This document shows, piece by piece, positions 10,726 to 20,578 of a stretch of DNA of 64,000 nt; position 1 is the first letter of the stretch; every line of letters starts with the position of its first letter. The notes under the pieces were generated by a model. It made no database searches, was not told where the DNA came from, and was given only the letters and a program-made list of their open reading frames with translations. The position numbers were made by a program, and so were the translations under genes. The stretch lies in the sequence record SRR31156797_1306; one strand, given 5' to 3'.

Positions 10726-11636
10726 ACAGCAAACCACTCTTTAACCTGATCAATTTTTTCACCAAGTGGCATGTAGCCATCCAACCATTTAATATCACTA
10801 CCACTTCGTTCCATTTTTCGGAACCAAGTCATTTGTCGTTTTGCAAATTGATGAATAGCAATCTCTAAACCTGAATACATTTCTTCATAAGAAATTTGTC
10901 CGATAACGTATTGGGTTAAAAATTTGTATTCAAGACCATAATAAATTAGATCATCCGCCGAAACACCTGATTTTAAAAGAAATTGAACCTCGTCAATCAT
11001 ACCTTCTTTTAACCGCTGTTTTAATCTAAAACTAATTCTATCTCTTCTACTTTCCCTATCGAATTTTATCCCAACCAACAAAGGATTCATCTCGGGATAC
11101 GACATATCAATTTGTGGGTTGGAAGCATAATAGCGTTCAATTTCGATTGCTCTTATTGCTCGCTTTTTTGTTTCGATATCGCTATTGTTATGCAATTCTT
11201 TATAGGAACGCAGAATTACTTCTAATTCTTCCAATGTTTTACCTTTCATTTCCTCACGAAAAACCTCATCATTGGGCACGGCAATCAACTTATAACCTTT
11301 TAAAACAGCTTCAAGATACATACCGGTTCCGCCACAAACTACCGGCATTTTTTTGCGCTGCGTAATATCTTCAAAAGCATTTACAAAATCTCTTTGAAAT
11401 TCAAATACATTGTACTTGTATCCTGCATCCACAATATCAATCAAATGATAAGGAATTGGCGTGCCATCAACTACATACTCTTCAATATCTTTTCCGGTTC
11501 CTAAATCCATTCCACTATAAATTTGGCGCGAATCTGCACTTATAATCTCCCCACTAAACTCTTTCGCCAAATTAACCGCCAAACTTGTTTTTCCGGTAGC
11601 TGTAGCTCCCAAAACAACCAATAAATTGTATTGCAT
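10722..11636 (-). CDS. miaA: tRNA dimethylallyltransferase
   Basis: GATATGKT, IISADSRQIY..MDLGTGK, GGTGMY, FAKRQMTWF. Confidence 0.95.
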   Translation of the reverse strand: MQYNLLVVLGATATGKTSLAVNLAKEFSGEIISADSRQIYSGMDLGTGKDIEEYVVDGTPIPYHLIDIVDAGYKYNVFEFQRDFVNAFEDITQRKKMPVVCGGTGMYLEAVLKGYKLIAVPNDEVFREEMKGKTLEELEVILRSYKELHNNSDIETKKRAIRAIEIERYYASNPQIDMSYPEMNPLLVGIKFDRESRRDRISFRLKQRLKEGMIDEVQFLLKSGVSADDLIYYGLEYKFLTQYVIGQISYEEMYSGLEIAIHQFAKRQMTWFRKMERSGSDIKWLDGYMPLGEKIDQVKEWFAV

Positions 11637-11785
11637 TTCAAATATTTTTTCGGCTTGTCGTAACCTACTGACAATTACCGGTTTTTCTTTATCAAGATAA
11701 TGTTTATCTTACAATTAGTCTGAATGTAAGATTCAGCTACAAAATTACTTTAAGTTTTTTGAAATCACTAACTACATCTCAACAT

Positions 11786-12361
11786 ATGACACTGCTACAA
11801 ACCTATAAGCACGCCTTACGCCTGTTCATTACTCCTGAACAAGAGTGGAATTCAATTCTCAGTGAAGAGAATATCAGATATCAACAATTGCTTTATCAAT
11901 TACTAATTCCACTAATATTATTGATGTCGATATCGAATTATATAGGATTATATCTCTTCGAAAAAAATCCCATGGAGCACTTGCAAATGTTTCTATATTC
12001 AGCCAGCGCGACATTTGTTTTTTCGATTATTTCTATATTTTTTTCAGCATGGTTAGTAAAACAATTCACAATATTGCCAGATAACAAAGAACGCTTCAAT
12101 CGTGCATTTATACTCATAGGTTTTTCTTATACCCCTGGAATTGTATTTAATTCAATTGCTTTTTGGTTTCCAACAATTAATTATTTAACCATTTTTGGGC
12201 TTTACAGTTTTTTCATTCTTTACAAAGGAATCACGCCCATTTTAAATGTTTCTGATAACAGAAAATCAGGTTATTTTACTTTCATTTTAATAGGATTACT
12301 TTCCATTTATGCCATATTAGGAGCATTTTTTATAGGCTTTACCAGTCTCATGGGGTTTTAA
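11786..12361 (+). CDS. Yip1 family membrane protein
   Basis: PxxEW motif near the N-terminus, about 5 TM helices, FSYTP, LYKGI. ATG at 11786 preferred. Confidence 0.75.
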   Translation: MTLLQTYKHALRLFITPEQEWNSILSEENIRYQQLLYQLLIPLILLMSISNYIGLYLFEKNPMEHLQMFLYSASATFVFSIISIFFSAWLVKQFTILPDNKERFNRAFILIGFSYTPGIVFNSIAFWFPTINYLTIFGLYSFFILYKGITPILNVSDNRKSGYFTFILIGLLSIYAILGAFFIGFTSLMGF

Positions 12362-12454
12362 TTCTAAATACAATTGCAAGATAAAATCGATTTTACTCTT
12401 TCAATATTAAAAAGCTTGTTTAATTTTGATAGACAAAAACAAGACTAGGTTAAA

Positions 12455-13045
12455 ATGCAATACAAATCAAAAAGCATTCTGAATTCCATTTTCAGGCTTC
12501 GAAATTTATTCTTAACGCCTAAGCGAGAATGGGAAAGAATAACTCCTGAAGAATATAAAACAAGTGAATTATTTTTGAAATTCGCTTTTCCTATAATTGC
12601 CATTTCTTCATTAATTTCAGGAATAGGAATTTTCATACATTCAAAAAATTTACTTACTGCCATTTCTTACTTTTTTGTTGATTTTCTATCTCTTAATTTA
12701 GGACTTTACTGCGCAGCTAAAATTATAATTTTACTTACCCCAAATTTTCAATTAAAAATTAAACCTGATGTAATTTTTAAATTGGTGATTTTTAGCGCTT
12801 CGGTTCTCTGTATCTTTCATGGCTCAGCTAATTTATTTTCATCAAAATCCTTCTTAAATCAGCTTTGTTTGATTTTCGAATTGTATTTTATTCGGATATT
12901 ATGGCTCGGAACCGCTCCCCTATTACCGATAGCAGAAAACAAAAGACCAGGATTCACGATTATGGCAAGCTTATTAATTCTTGTGCTACCACTTATCTTT
13001 GAAAGGATGTTTTCCATTCTATTCAAGCTTCCGGTAACAATTTAA
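12455..13045 (+). CDS. Yip1-like membrane protein (paralogue of the upstream gene)
   Basis: LTPKREW motif, about 5 TM helices, LWLG..PLL...NKR.GF parallels LYKGI.PIL...NRKSGY upstream. Confidence 0.7.
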   Translation: MQYKSKSILNSIFRLRNLFLTPKREWERITPEEYKTSELFLKFAFPIIAISSLISGIGIFIHSKNLLTAISYFFVDFLSLNLGLYCAAKIIILLTPNFQLKIKPDVIFKLVIFSASVLCIFHGSANLFSSKSFLNQLCLIFELYFIRILWLGTAPLLPIAENKRPGFTIMASLLILVLPLIFERMFSILFKLPVTI

Positions 13046-13078
13046 ATATTAAATTTGCAAAGAAATTAAGATCACACA

Positions 13079-13525
13079 ATGCAAAAAATCAATATAAAAA
13101 ATAAACGAGCAAGTTTCGAATACGAATTTATCGAGAAATTTGTAGCCGGTATTCAACTTTTTGGAACCGAAATTAAAGCAATACGTGCAGGCAAAGCTAG
13201 TCTCGTTGATTCTTTTTGCACTTTTACCAGAAATGAACTTTATGTAGTTGGCATGCATATTTCAGAATACAAATTTGGATCCTACTACAATCACGAAGAA
13301 AAAAGAGAGCGAAAACTTTTATTAAATCGTAAAGAATTAAATAAACTTGATCGCAAAACAAAAGAATCAGGTTTAACCATTATACCTACCAAACTTTTTC
13401 TAAACGATAAAGGCTTTGCAAAAATGGAAATTGCTCTTTGCAGAGGTAAAAAACACTACGATAAAAGAGAAAGTTTAAAACAAAAAGACAGCAAGAGAGA
13501 GATAGATCGTATGATGAAGAGATAG
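13079..13525 (+). CDS. smpB: SsrA-binding protein
   Basis: [36 protein letters not shown]. Confidence 0.98.
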   Translation: MQKINIKNKRASFEYEFIEKFVAGIQLFGTEIKAIRAGKASLVDSFCTFTRNELYVVGMHISEYKFGSYYNHEEKRERKLLLNRKELNKLDRKTKESGLTIIPTKLFLNDKGFAKMEIALCRGKKHYDKRESLKQKDSKREIDRMMKR

Positions 13526-13594
13526 TTAGGCATTCTACTGAATTTTTCCTCAAAAAACTCGCATTTACTCTTTCAAATCACCAATATTTTATTC

Positions 13595-13626
13595 TATATT
13601 TGCAGCCCGTTTCTGAAAAGACGGGC
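13595..13626 (+). promoter_or_regulatory. Bacteroidota -7 promoter element followed by a GC hairpin
   Basis: TATATTTG (13595-13602) matches TAnnTTTG. GCCCGT...ACGGGC hairpin at 13605-13626. No CDS follows on this strand. Confidence 0.5.
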
Positions 13627-13643
13627 ATTCCTATTAATATATG

Positions 13644-13817
13644 TTTTCAACAGAATATTAACAAGTTATCAACATTGTTGACTATTTGTTAATAAACTCG
13701 TCATGCCCCATTATCAAAGGCATATAACTGTTAACAACTAAAAAATCCCGCCCTCGATCGTTAAGTAATTAACAATGAGAACAGGATGTGATATCAACAA
13801 GTTAAAAGTTATTAACA
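13644..13817. repeat. Cluster of DnaA-box-like 9-mers (TTATYAACA type)
   Basis: TTTTCAACA 13644, ATATTAACA 13655, TTATCAACA 13666, reverse TGTTGACTA 13676 and TGTTAATAA 13687, plus ATATCAACA 13791 and TTATTAACA 13809. Confidence 0.65.
13740..13787 (-). terminator. Long-stem intrinsic terminator for the uridine-kinase-like gene
   Basis: About 19-bp stem whose plus-strand C/A mismatches become G:U pairs on the minus strand, followed by U6. Confidence 0.7.
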
Positions 13818-13820
13818 AAT

Positions 13821-15488
13821 TTAATAGTCGAAAGTACTACCTCCCAGGAACTCCCGCATTAATGACGTTGGCGGAATTTCATCATCACAAATTGGTAAAA
13901 AGTAACTAAAAAACTTTAGCAAACGATTCACCTCTGAATATTCTGGTTGATTTGGCTGTACTTCTTTTAAAATTGGTTCCGCATATCTTTTCAACACTCC
14001 CAGCTCGTATGGTAAGGCCGAATTAAACATGACGTCAGCTTCTTCCTGAAAGGGAAATATATTCTTCATTTCTCCACGACGTACACTTGGCCACCTCTTA
14101 ATCGTATCAGCAGCGCTATAATTTCTATACTTGTAATCCCTAACTATTCTTCGAATCAACCTATTGTCAGTTGAAGGTATTCTATTATGTCCATCGATAG
14201 ATATAGAAGTTAGTGCCGAAATGTAAATTCTAAATTTTGCTTCATCGACAATCAGTGGTGTTAATTCCGGATTTAAGGCGTGTATTCCTTCTACAACCAA
14301 AACTTGCTTTTCACTAATTTTCAGCTTTTCACCATCGTAATACCGAGCTCCTGTCTCAAATGAAAACTTTGGCAACTCAACCTCTTCACCAGCCAACAAT
14401 GAAACCAAGTTTTTATTAAACAGATCTACATCCAATGCATTTAATGCTTCAAAATCATAATCACCATTCTCATCTAATGGTGTGTGTTCACGATTCACAA
14501 AATAGTTATCCAGGGAAAGATTTACAGGCTTTAATCCAGCTACTTTTAATTGAATAGCCAGTCGCTTGCCAAAAGTTGTTTTTCCTGATGATGAAGGACC
14601 AGAAATTAAAATCAGCTTAGTACGTTTTCTTTTTTTACGAATCTTATCCGCTATCTGAGATATCTTTTTCTCATGCAGAGCTTCTGAAATTTTAATCATT
14701 TCAGAAATGTTGTTACCTGCAACATAATTGTTCAAATCTCCAATATTCGAAATATTTAATACTTTTCCCCAGCGTTTGTATTCACTAAACACTTTAAGCA
14801 TTTTCTCCTGCTTAATCTGAGATTCTACAACTAAAGGCTCTTCTCTCTTTGGACTCATTAATAACATTCCACGATAAAAATGCACCAAATCAAATACACG
14901 CAAAACCCCAGTTGAAGGCACTAAAAACCCGTAAAAATAATCAGCATTATCACCCAATCGATAAACTGATGTATATAAGTTTCCACGAGTTTTAAACACA
15001 TCCGTTTTTTCCTTCAATCCCTGGCTTTCGAAAATTTCAATTGCTTTTTCTGTTTCAATTTCTTCACGAACAAAAGGCATATCTGCAGCAATTATTTCGT
15101 GCATTCTATTTTTAATATTTGCGATATCTTCTTCGCTTAAAACAATATTTTTATCTGTTAAACGACAATACAGACCATTGGAAATGGAGTGCTCTAAACG
15201 AAAACCAGCTCCTGGATACAAATCGTTTACAGCCTTATATAAAACAAAGCAGAGAGATCGAATATACATTCTTCTACCAGCAGGATGGGTAAGATCGATA
15301 AAACGAACATTTTTTGGCTTATAAATTTCATAGGTAAGTTCTTTTAGCTTGTTATTTACCATAGCTCCAAGCACATCACCCTTTAAATTTGGATTTACAT
15401 CTTTAAGAATTGTTTGAAGATCGGTGCCTACAGCATAAGATCTTTTTTGGTCCAGATCTTCAAAATAAATATCAATTAATTTACCCAT
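13821..15488 (-). CDS. Uridine/nucleoside kinase with N-terminal TGS and ThrRS-editing-like domains
   Basis: ThrRS-N-like region (GAMVNN, EHSISNGLY, ADMPF), P-loop SGPSSSGKTT, VEGIHALN, RLIRRIVRD. Confidence 0.88.
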   Translation of the reverse strand: MGKLIDIYFEDLDQKRSYAVGTDLQTILKDVNPNLKGDVLGAMVNNKLKELTYEIYKPKNVRFIDLTHPAGRRMYIRSLCFVLYKAVNDLYPGAGFRLEHSISNGLYCRLTDKNIVLSEEDIANIKNRMHEIIAADMPFVREEIETEKAIEIFESQGLKEKTDVFKTRGNLYTSVYRLGDNADYFYGFLVPSTGVLRVFDLVHFYRGMLLMSPKREEPLVVESQIKQEKMLKVFSEYKRWGKVLNISNIGDLNNYVAGNNISEMIKISEALHEKKISQIADKIRKKRKRTKLILISGPSSSGKTTFGKRLAIQLKVAGLKPVNLSLDNYFVNREHTPLDENGDYDFEALNALDVDLFNKNLVSLLAGEEVELPKFSFETGARYYDGEKLKISEKQVLVVEGIHALNPELTPLIVDEAKFRIYISALTSISIDGHNRIPSTDNRLIRRIVRDYKYRNYSAADTIKRWPSVRRGEMKNIFPFQEEADVMFNSALPYELGVLKRYAEPILKEVQPNQPEYSEVNRLLKFFSYFLPICDDEIPPTSLMREFLGGSTFDY

Positions 15489-15609
15489 AGAATTGCAATT
15501 TTAGTAGGTCTCATTTCTTCGAGACTGCTTTCTAAAGATAATAATTATGCTTGCTACTTTTCGCTTTTGGATGTTAAAAATTATTAAGCTCGAATAAAAT
15601 TCAGTGTAC

Positions 15610-15631
15610 AAAAAATCCCCTTTCGGGGATT
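15610..15631 (-). terminator. Intrinsic terminator after uvrA
   Basis: AATCCCC-tttc-GGGGATT (GAAA loop on the minus strand) with a U tract. Confidence 0.75.
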
Positions 15632-15647
15632 CCTATATTTTATAATT

Positions 15648-18539
15648 TTAAACCAGTTCTTCTTTGAGAAATTTGGCTGTAAAAGATTCTTTACAATTGG
15701 CAAGTTCTTCTGGAGTTCCCGTAAAGAGAACCTCTCCTCCATTTCTACCACCTTCTTTTCCTATATCAATTACATGATCCGCAACCTTAATTACATCCAT
15801 ATTGTGCTCAATTACAATCACAGTATTTCCCTTGTCAACCAATCGGTTTAAAACCTCGAGTAACACTCTGATATCTTCAAAATGCAAACCTGTTGTTGGC
15901 TCATCAAGAATATACATTGTTTTTCCTGTATCTCTTTTTGCCAGTTCGGTAGCTAATTTAACACGCTGCGATTCACCTCCTGATAAAGTTGTTGAAGGTT
16001 GCCCTAAGGTAATATATCCCAAACCAACATCTTGAAGAACTTTTAATTTCACCAATATTGACGGAATATTTTCAAAGAAATCAACAGCCTGATTAATGGT
16101 CATATTCAACACATCACCAATTGATTTTCCTTTGTAACGAACCTCTAAAGTTTCGCGATTGTAACGTTTCCCATTACATTCATCGCAATGCACATAAACA
16201 TCAGGTAAAAAGTTCATTTCGATGGAACGAACTCCAGCTCCCTGGCAAGTTTCACAACGTCCGCCTTTTACATTAAACGAAAAACGACCAGCTTTATAGC
16301 CTCGAATTTGAGATTCAGGCAATTTCTCGTAAAGTTTTCGAATATCGCCAAAAACATTGGTATAAGTTGCAGGATTAGATCTTGGTGTTTTTCCCAAAGG
16401 TGCCTGATTAACCTCAACAACTTTATCTATATTCTTTATTCCTTTTAAATCTTTATAAGGTAAGGGATCTTTAACAGATCGATAGAAATACTGCGATAAA
16501 ATTGGCTGTAAAGTTCCATTAATCAAACTTGATTTTCCACTTCCAGAAACACCCGAAACACAAATAAATTTTCCCAATGGAAATGTAACATCTACATTTT
16601 TTAGGTTATTTCCCGTGCATCCAATCAGTTTAATATCTATTTCTTTGCCTTTTCTTCGCTCTGATGGAACCTCAATTTTACGATCTCCATTTAAATACTG
16701 AGCGGTTAAACTTTCCCCTTTCTCAATATCCTCCGGGTTTCCGGCAACAACAATTTCACCACCATGTTTACCGGCAAAAGGTCCCATATCTACGACATAA
16801 TCTGCCGATTTTATCATATCCTTATCGTGCTCCACAACTATTACCGAGTTACCTGAATCACGCAATTGTTGCAAAGAATGAATCAATCGTTCATTATCGC
16901 GTTGATGCAAACCAATACTTGGTTCATCAAGAATATAAAGAACATTTACCAACTGAGAACCTATCTGAGTTGCTAATCTGATTCGCTGCGATTCACCTCC
17001 TGAAAGAGTTACAGAACTTCTGTTAAGTGATAAATATTCCAACCCAACATCTAAAAGAAAACCCAGACGGGAGCGAATCTCTTTCAATATTTCGGTTGCA
17101 ATGGTTTTTTGTCTTTCACTTAAATATTGCTCTACATTTGAGAACCACTCACCCAACAAGCTCAGATCCATTGCTGCCAATTCCGCAATGTTCTTATCAT
17201 GAATTCGAAAATGTAAAGCTTCTCTCTTGAGTCTCTGACCTCCACAAGATGCACAGTCCATCGTTTTTACAAATTGCTCCGCCCATTTTTTAGCTTTCTT
17301 CGAAGTCGTATTACTTTCCTGATTCGAGATGTATTTGATAACACCATCGAAACTTAAAAAATAGTTTGAAGAAGAACCCAATGGTGTATTTTCTAGCTTG
17401 AAAGTTTCACTTGATCCATCTAAAATAATACTTAAAGCTTCTTCTGGAATATCTTGTATTGGAGTCGCCATCTCAAAATTGTACTTTCGACCGATCGCTT
17501 CCAATTGCCAAAAAATAAGACTATTCTTGTATTTTCCCAATGGAACAATTCCACCTTCTTTAATGCTCAATTTCTGATCTGGAATAATCTTTTCCATATC
17601 AATAGCATTAATTCTACCTAGACCTTTACATTTAGGACAAGCTCCGTGTGGTGAATTAAATGAAAAACTATGTGGTGCTGGTGTATTGTATGAAATTCCT
17701 GTGCTTGGACACATTAACAAACGACTATAGTACTTCACCTCATCGCTGTCTTTATCCAAAATCATGGTAATTCCCTTACCATGTTTCATAGCAGTCTGAA
17801 CCGATTCCTTCAATCGTTTGTCTCCAACTTCTTCAACAACTAATTTATCAATCAGAATTTCAATATCATGATTTTTATATCTGTCCACCTTAAAACCATG
17901 AAGTAATTCTACAATTTCTCCATCAACACGAGCATATAAAAAACCTTTTCTTCTGATCTGTTCGAACAATTCTTTATAATGCCCTTTACGACCTTTAACA
18001 ACTGGAGCCAAAATCAATATTCTCTTTTCACAAAACTTTTCGTGAATCAGATTAATAATCTGTTCATCGGTGTATTTCACCATTTTCTCACCTGTTTCAT
18101 ATGAATAAGCAACACCTGCTCTTGCATATAAAAGTCTCAAGAAATCGTATAGCTCGGTAATGGTACCAACTGTTGATCGTGGATTTTTATTGGTAGTTTT
18201 TTGCTCGATTGAAATTACCGGACTTAAACCTGTAATTTTATCCACGTCAGGTCGCTCCATGCCACCAAGGAACTGTCTGGCATAAGCTGAAAACGTTTCA
18301 ATATATCTTCGCTGACCTTCCGCATAAATGGTATCGAAAGCCAAGGATGATTTTCCACTTCCACTTAATCCGGTTATCACCGAAAGTTGGTTTCGTGGAA
18401 TACTAATATCTATATTTTTTAAGTTGTGAACGCGAGCACCAAAAACATCAATGCTTCCGGTTTCCAATTGTTCTACACCTTCTGTATTTTTCTTATCAAT
18501 CGAACTCAAACTACAATCTCCTTTTAGCAATTCTGACAA
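15648..18539 (-). CDS. uvrA: Excinuclease ABC subunit A
   Basis: GARVHNLKN, GLSGSGKSSLAFDTIYAEGQRRY, two ABC modules (LSGGESQR), Zn-finger CxxC pairs. The exact TTG start is uncertain. Confidence 0.98.
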   Translation of the reverse strand: MSELLKGDCSLSSIDKKNTEGVEQLETGSIDVFGARVHNLKNIDISIPRNQLSVITGLSGSGKSSLAFDTIYAEGQRRYIETFSAYARQFLGGMERPDVDKITGLSPVISIEQKTTNKNPRSTVGTITELYDFLRLLYARAGVAYSYETGEKMVKYTDEQIINLIHEKFCEKRILILAPVVKGRKGHYKELFEQIRRKGFLYARVDGEIVELLHGFKVDRYKNHDIEILIDKLVVEEVGDKRLKESVQTAMKHGKGITMILDKDSDEVKYYSRLLMCPSTGISYNTPAPHSFSFNSPHGACPKCKGLGRINAIDMEKIIPDQKLSIKEGGIVPLGKYKNSLIFWQLEAIGRKYNFEMATPIQDIPEEALSIILDGSSETFKLENTPLGSSSNYFLSFDGVIKYISNQESNTTSKKAKKWAEQFVKTMDCASCGGQRLKREALHFRIHDKNIAELAAMDLSLLGEWFSNVEQYLSERQKTIATEILKEIRSRLGFLLDVGLEYLSLNRSSVTLSGGESQRIRLATQIGSQLVNVLYILDEPSIGLHQRDNERLIHSLQQLRDSGNSVIVVEHDKDMIKSADYVVDMGPFAGKHGGEIVVAGNPEDIEKGESLTAQYLNGDRKIEVPSERRKGKEIDIKLIGCTGNNLKNVDVTFPLGKFICVSGVSGSGKSSLINGTLQPILSQYFYRSVKDPLPYKDLKGIKNIDKVVEVNQAPLGKTPRSNPATYTNVFGDIRKLYEKLPESQIRGYKAGRFSFNVKGGRCETCQGAGVRSIEMNFLPDVYVHCDECNGKRYNRETLEVRYKGKSIGDVLNMTINQAVDFFENIPSILVKLKVLQDVGLGYITLGQPSTTLSGGESQRVKLATELAKRDTGKTMYILDEPTTGLHFEDIRVLLEVLNRLVDKGNTVIVIEHNMDVIKVADHVIDIGKEGGRNGGEVLFTGTPEELANCKESFTAKFLKEELV

Positions 18540-19532
18540 TTATTTCACTGGAAGTGATTTATCAGGGGTTTTATAATCAGAAAATGCAAAATTAATATAT
18601 CCTTTGGCAGGAAGAGTAATTTCGTATTCTTTTTTATATTTATTTGTCAGATAAGCTTTTCTTAGCCAAGGATTAAAATTCTTTAGAACTTTGTAATTAA
18701 CCCCATTCTGCTTGGCAAAAACAGCAAAATTCTTCACCTGAGATTTAATTTTAATTTTTCGCGTTGGAATTTCTGGATACAAGTCAGAAGCTCTGTATTT
18801 GAATCCAAAACCTGCAGGATCCTCCATTATCATTTTAATGGCTAAAATTCTATACACATATCTACCTGTTTCTTCTCCCAATAACAAGTCGTAATACTCT
18901 CCAGCATCTTGTAACTTTAGTTGCTTATCAACAAATCTTCTTCCTGCATTATACGATGCAGCAACTAAAGTCCAGGTACCATATTTTTTATAAGACTGCT
19001 TTAAATACTTACATGCTGCAATTGTCGATTTTTCAATATTGTATCTTTCATCAACTTCAGTAGATACTTCCAAACCATAATCTTTAGCTGTTCCGCTCAT
19101 GAATTGCCAAACACCCACAGCTCCGGCAGGAGATTTTATTGTTGGTACAAATCCACTTTCTATTAAGGCTAAATACTTAAAATCATCGGGCACACCTTGC
19201 TCTTTTAAAATGGGTTCGATAATAGGAAAATATCGATTCGATCGCTTTAAAAACAAAAGTGTTTGAGATTGCCAATAGGTATTTACCAACAATTCTCTAT
19301 CTAAAGATTCTTTCACATCCCACCTTTGCAAAGGCACAATCTCACCTCCAAATGTCACTTTATCAGGAGTTTTAAGTGCATACACATTATAGCGACTCAT
19401 GTATTCGCTATTATCCGGATCTTTATCTCTGTCCGTCACTTTCGAGTAATTAAACAATTGAGCGATTAGGTAAACAGCTCCTAGAGCAACAATTAAAACA
19501 ATTGCTTTTTTAAATGATTGATATATGGTCAC
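18540..19532 (-). CDS. Lytic transglycosylase (SLT, MltD-like)
   Basis: LALIESGF, AGAVGVWQFM, ASYNAG, EETGRYV, NPWL. Confidence 0.92.
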   Translation of the reverse strand: MTIYQSFKKAIVLIVALGAVYLIAQLFNYSKVTDRDKDPDNSEYMSRYNVYALKTPDKVTFGGEIVPLQRWDVKESLDRELLVNTYWQSQTLLFLKRSNRYFPIIEPILKEQGVPDDFKYLALIESGFVPTIKSPAGAVGVWQFMSGTAKDYGLEVSTEVDERYNIEKSTIAACKYLKQSYKKYGTWTLVAASYNAGRRFVDKQLKLQDAGEYYDLLLGEETGRYVYRILAIKMIMEDPAGFGFKYRASDLYPEIPTRKIKIKSQVKNFAVFAKQNGVNYKVLKNFNPWLRKAYLTNKYKKEYEITLPAKGYINFAFSDYKTPDKSLPVK

Positions 19533-19704
19533 GGTTGATCTTTTTTAAAAAGGTTATCAAAAGTAAAAGATTCTACTCTAATTCTTATACAAAAGCTTTC
19601 TTTTAACATCTCTTTACACCATTAAAAATCTATCTTTCATCAAGATTCTATTAAGTAATAGAAATACTATTCTCTATTTTACCTTTATTTCTTAAACAAA
19701 TCGT

Positions 19705-19731
19705 TGTAACTTACTACAACAAAACTTGTCT
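19705..19731 (+). promoter_or_regulatory. Putative ECF sigma promoter
   Basis: TGTAAC-N17-GTCT about 70 bp upstream of the 19800 CDS. Confidence 0.4.
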
Positions 19732-19799
19732 TTTTACGTTATAAAAATTAATCGAAAAAGATAAAATTCACGGACCTGACCAGTCTCTAACTTTAATCT

Positions 19800-20543
19800 A
19801 TGAAATACCGCAACCTGCTTATTCTTATAATCGGGGCATATCTACTATATGCATGTGACAGTGAGACAACTGCGGATTTTCCTACACTAATAATTCAAGA
19901 TTCAAGAGTTTCCGATTCCATTTTTGAGATTCTATTAGATGATGCCAAATTGATGTGCATTAATTACTATACCAATGAAGAAATGGAAGAATTACGCAAT
20001 ATTGATATCCAGGAAATTCATATTGCCCCAATATTAGCAGCTCTTCAAATGGTTTATATTGATTCCATTTCAGTGCCAGCTTTAGAAATCAAAAAGTATG
20101 ATGTTCATTCGCTTTGCAAGGATCAATTGTATAATTCTTATATCTGGATTGATACACTAAGCTTGTATCCAATAAATTGGTATCAATATGGTTTTTCGAA
20201 TTATCTGGAATTAGATCAGGTAATCGACAGATACGATTTAAAATTAGATTCTCTTAAAAAAGGAAGTTATTTGGTTTATTCTCTTGATGGAATTAACCAA
20301 TTGGCTCTAGCGAACCAACTTGGAAAATTTCCATTTATACATGGATCTGAAGCCTATAATTGCGAAGGAGATGGTTCACAAATTGAAATCTCATCTCTCT
20401 CATCTGATTATATTCATCTTATTTATAGTTACGGGTGGGGAGATTGTTATTCTGGTTGTATTAATCGTCACTATTGGGAACTAGGAATACATGGTTCAGG
20501 ATTAATCGAAATTCTTTCAGAATCAGGAAAAGACCTTCCATAA
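19800..20543 (+). CDS. Hypothetical lipoprotein
   Basis: Lipobox LYAC followed by acidic residues. C-terminal YGWGDCYSGC..RHYW motif. Confidence 0.72.
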   Translation: MKYRNLLILIIGAYLLYACDSETTADFPTLIIQDSRVSDSIFEILLDDAKLMCINYYTNEEMEELRNIDIQEIHIAPILAALQMVYIDSISVPALEIKKYDVHSLCKDQLYNSYIWIDTLSLYPINWYQYGFSNYLELDQVIDRYDLKLDSLKKGSYLVYSLDGINQLALANQLGKFPFIHGSEAYNCEGDGSQIEISSLSSDYIHLIYSYGWGDCYSGCINRHYWELGIHGSGLIEILSESGKDLP

Positions 20544-20578
20544 AAAAAAGCACCACCTTACGTGATACTTCCGAATAA

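Noticed and set aside
13644-13817. Short repeats considered as a CRISPR array or iterons
   Set aside because: They are 9-mers with 2-bp gaps and mixed orientation, with no spacers and no cas or rep gene.
13526-13820. tmRNA (ssrA) next to smpB
   Set aside because: No tRNA-like GGGG 5' end or TTCGA...CCA 3' end, and the gap is too short and AT-rich.
13821-15488. ThrRS-like N-terminus suggesting a broken threonyl-tRNA synthetase
   Set aside because: It fits the known fused uridine-kinase-like family and has no synthetase catalytic motifs.
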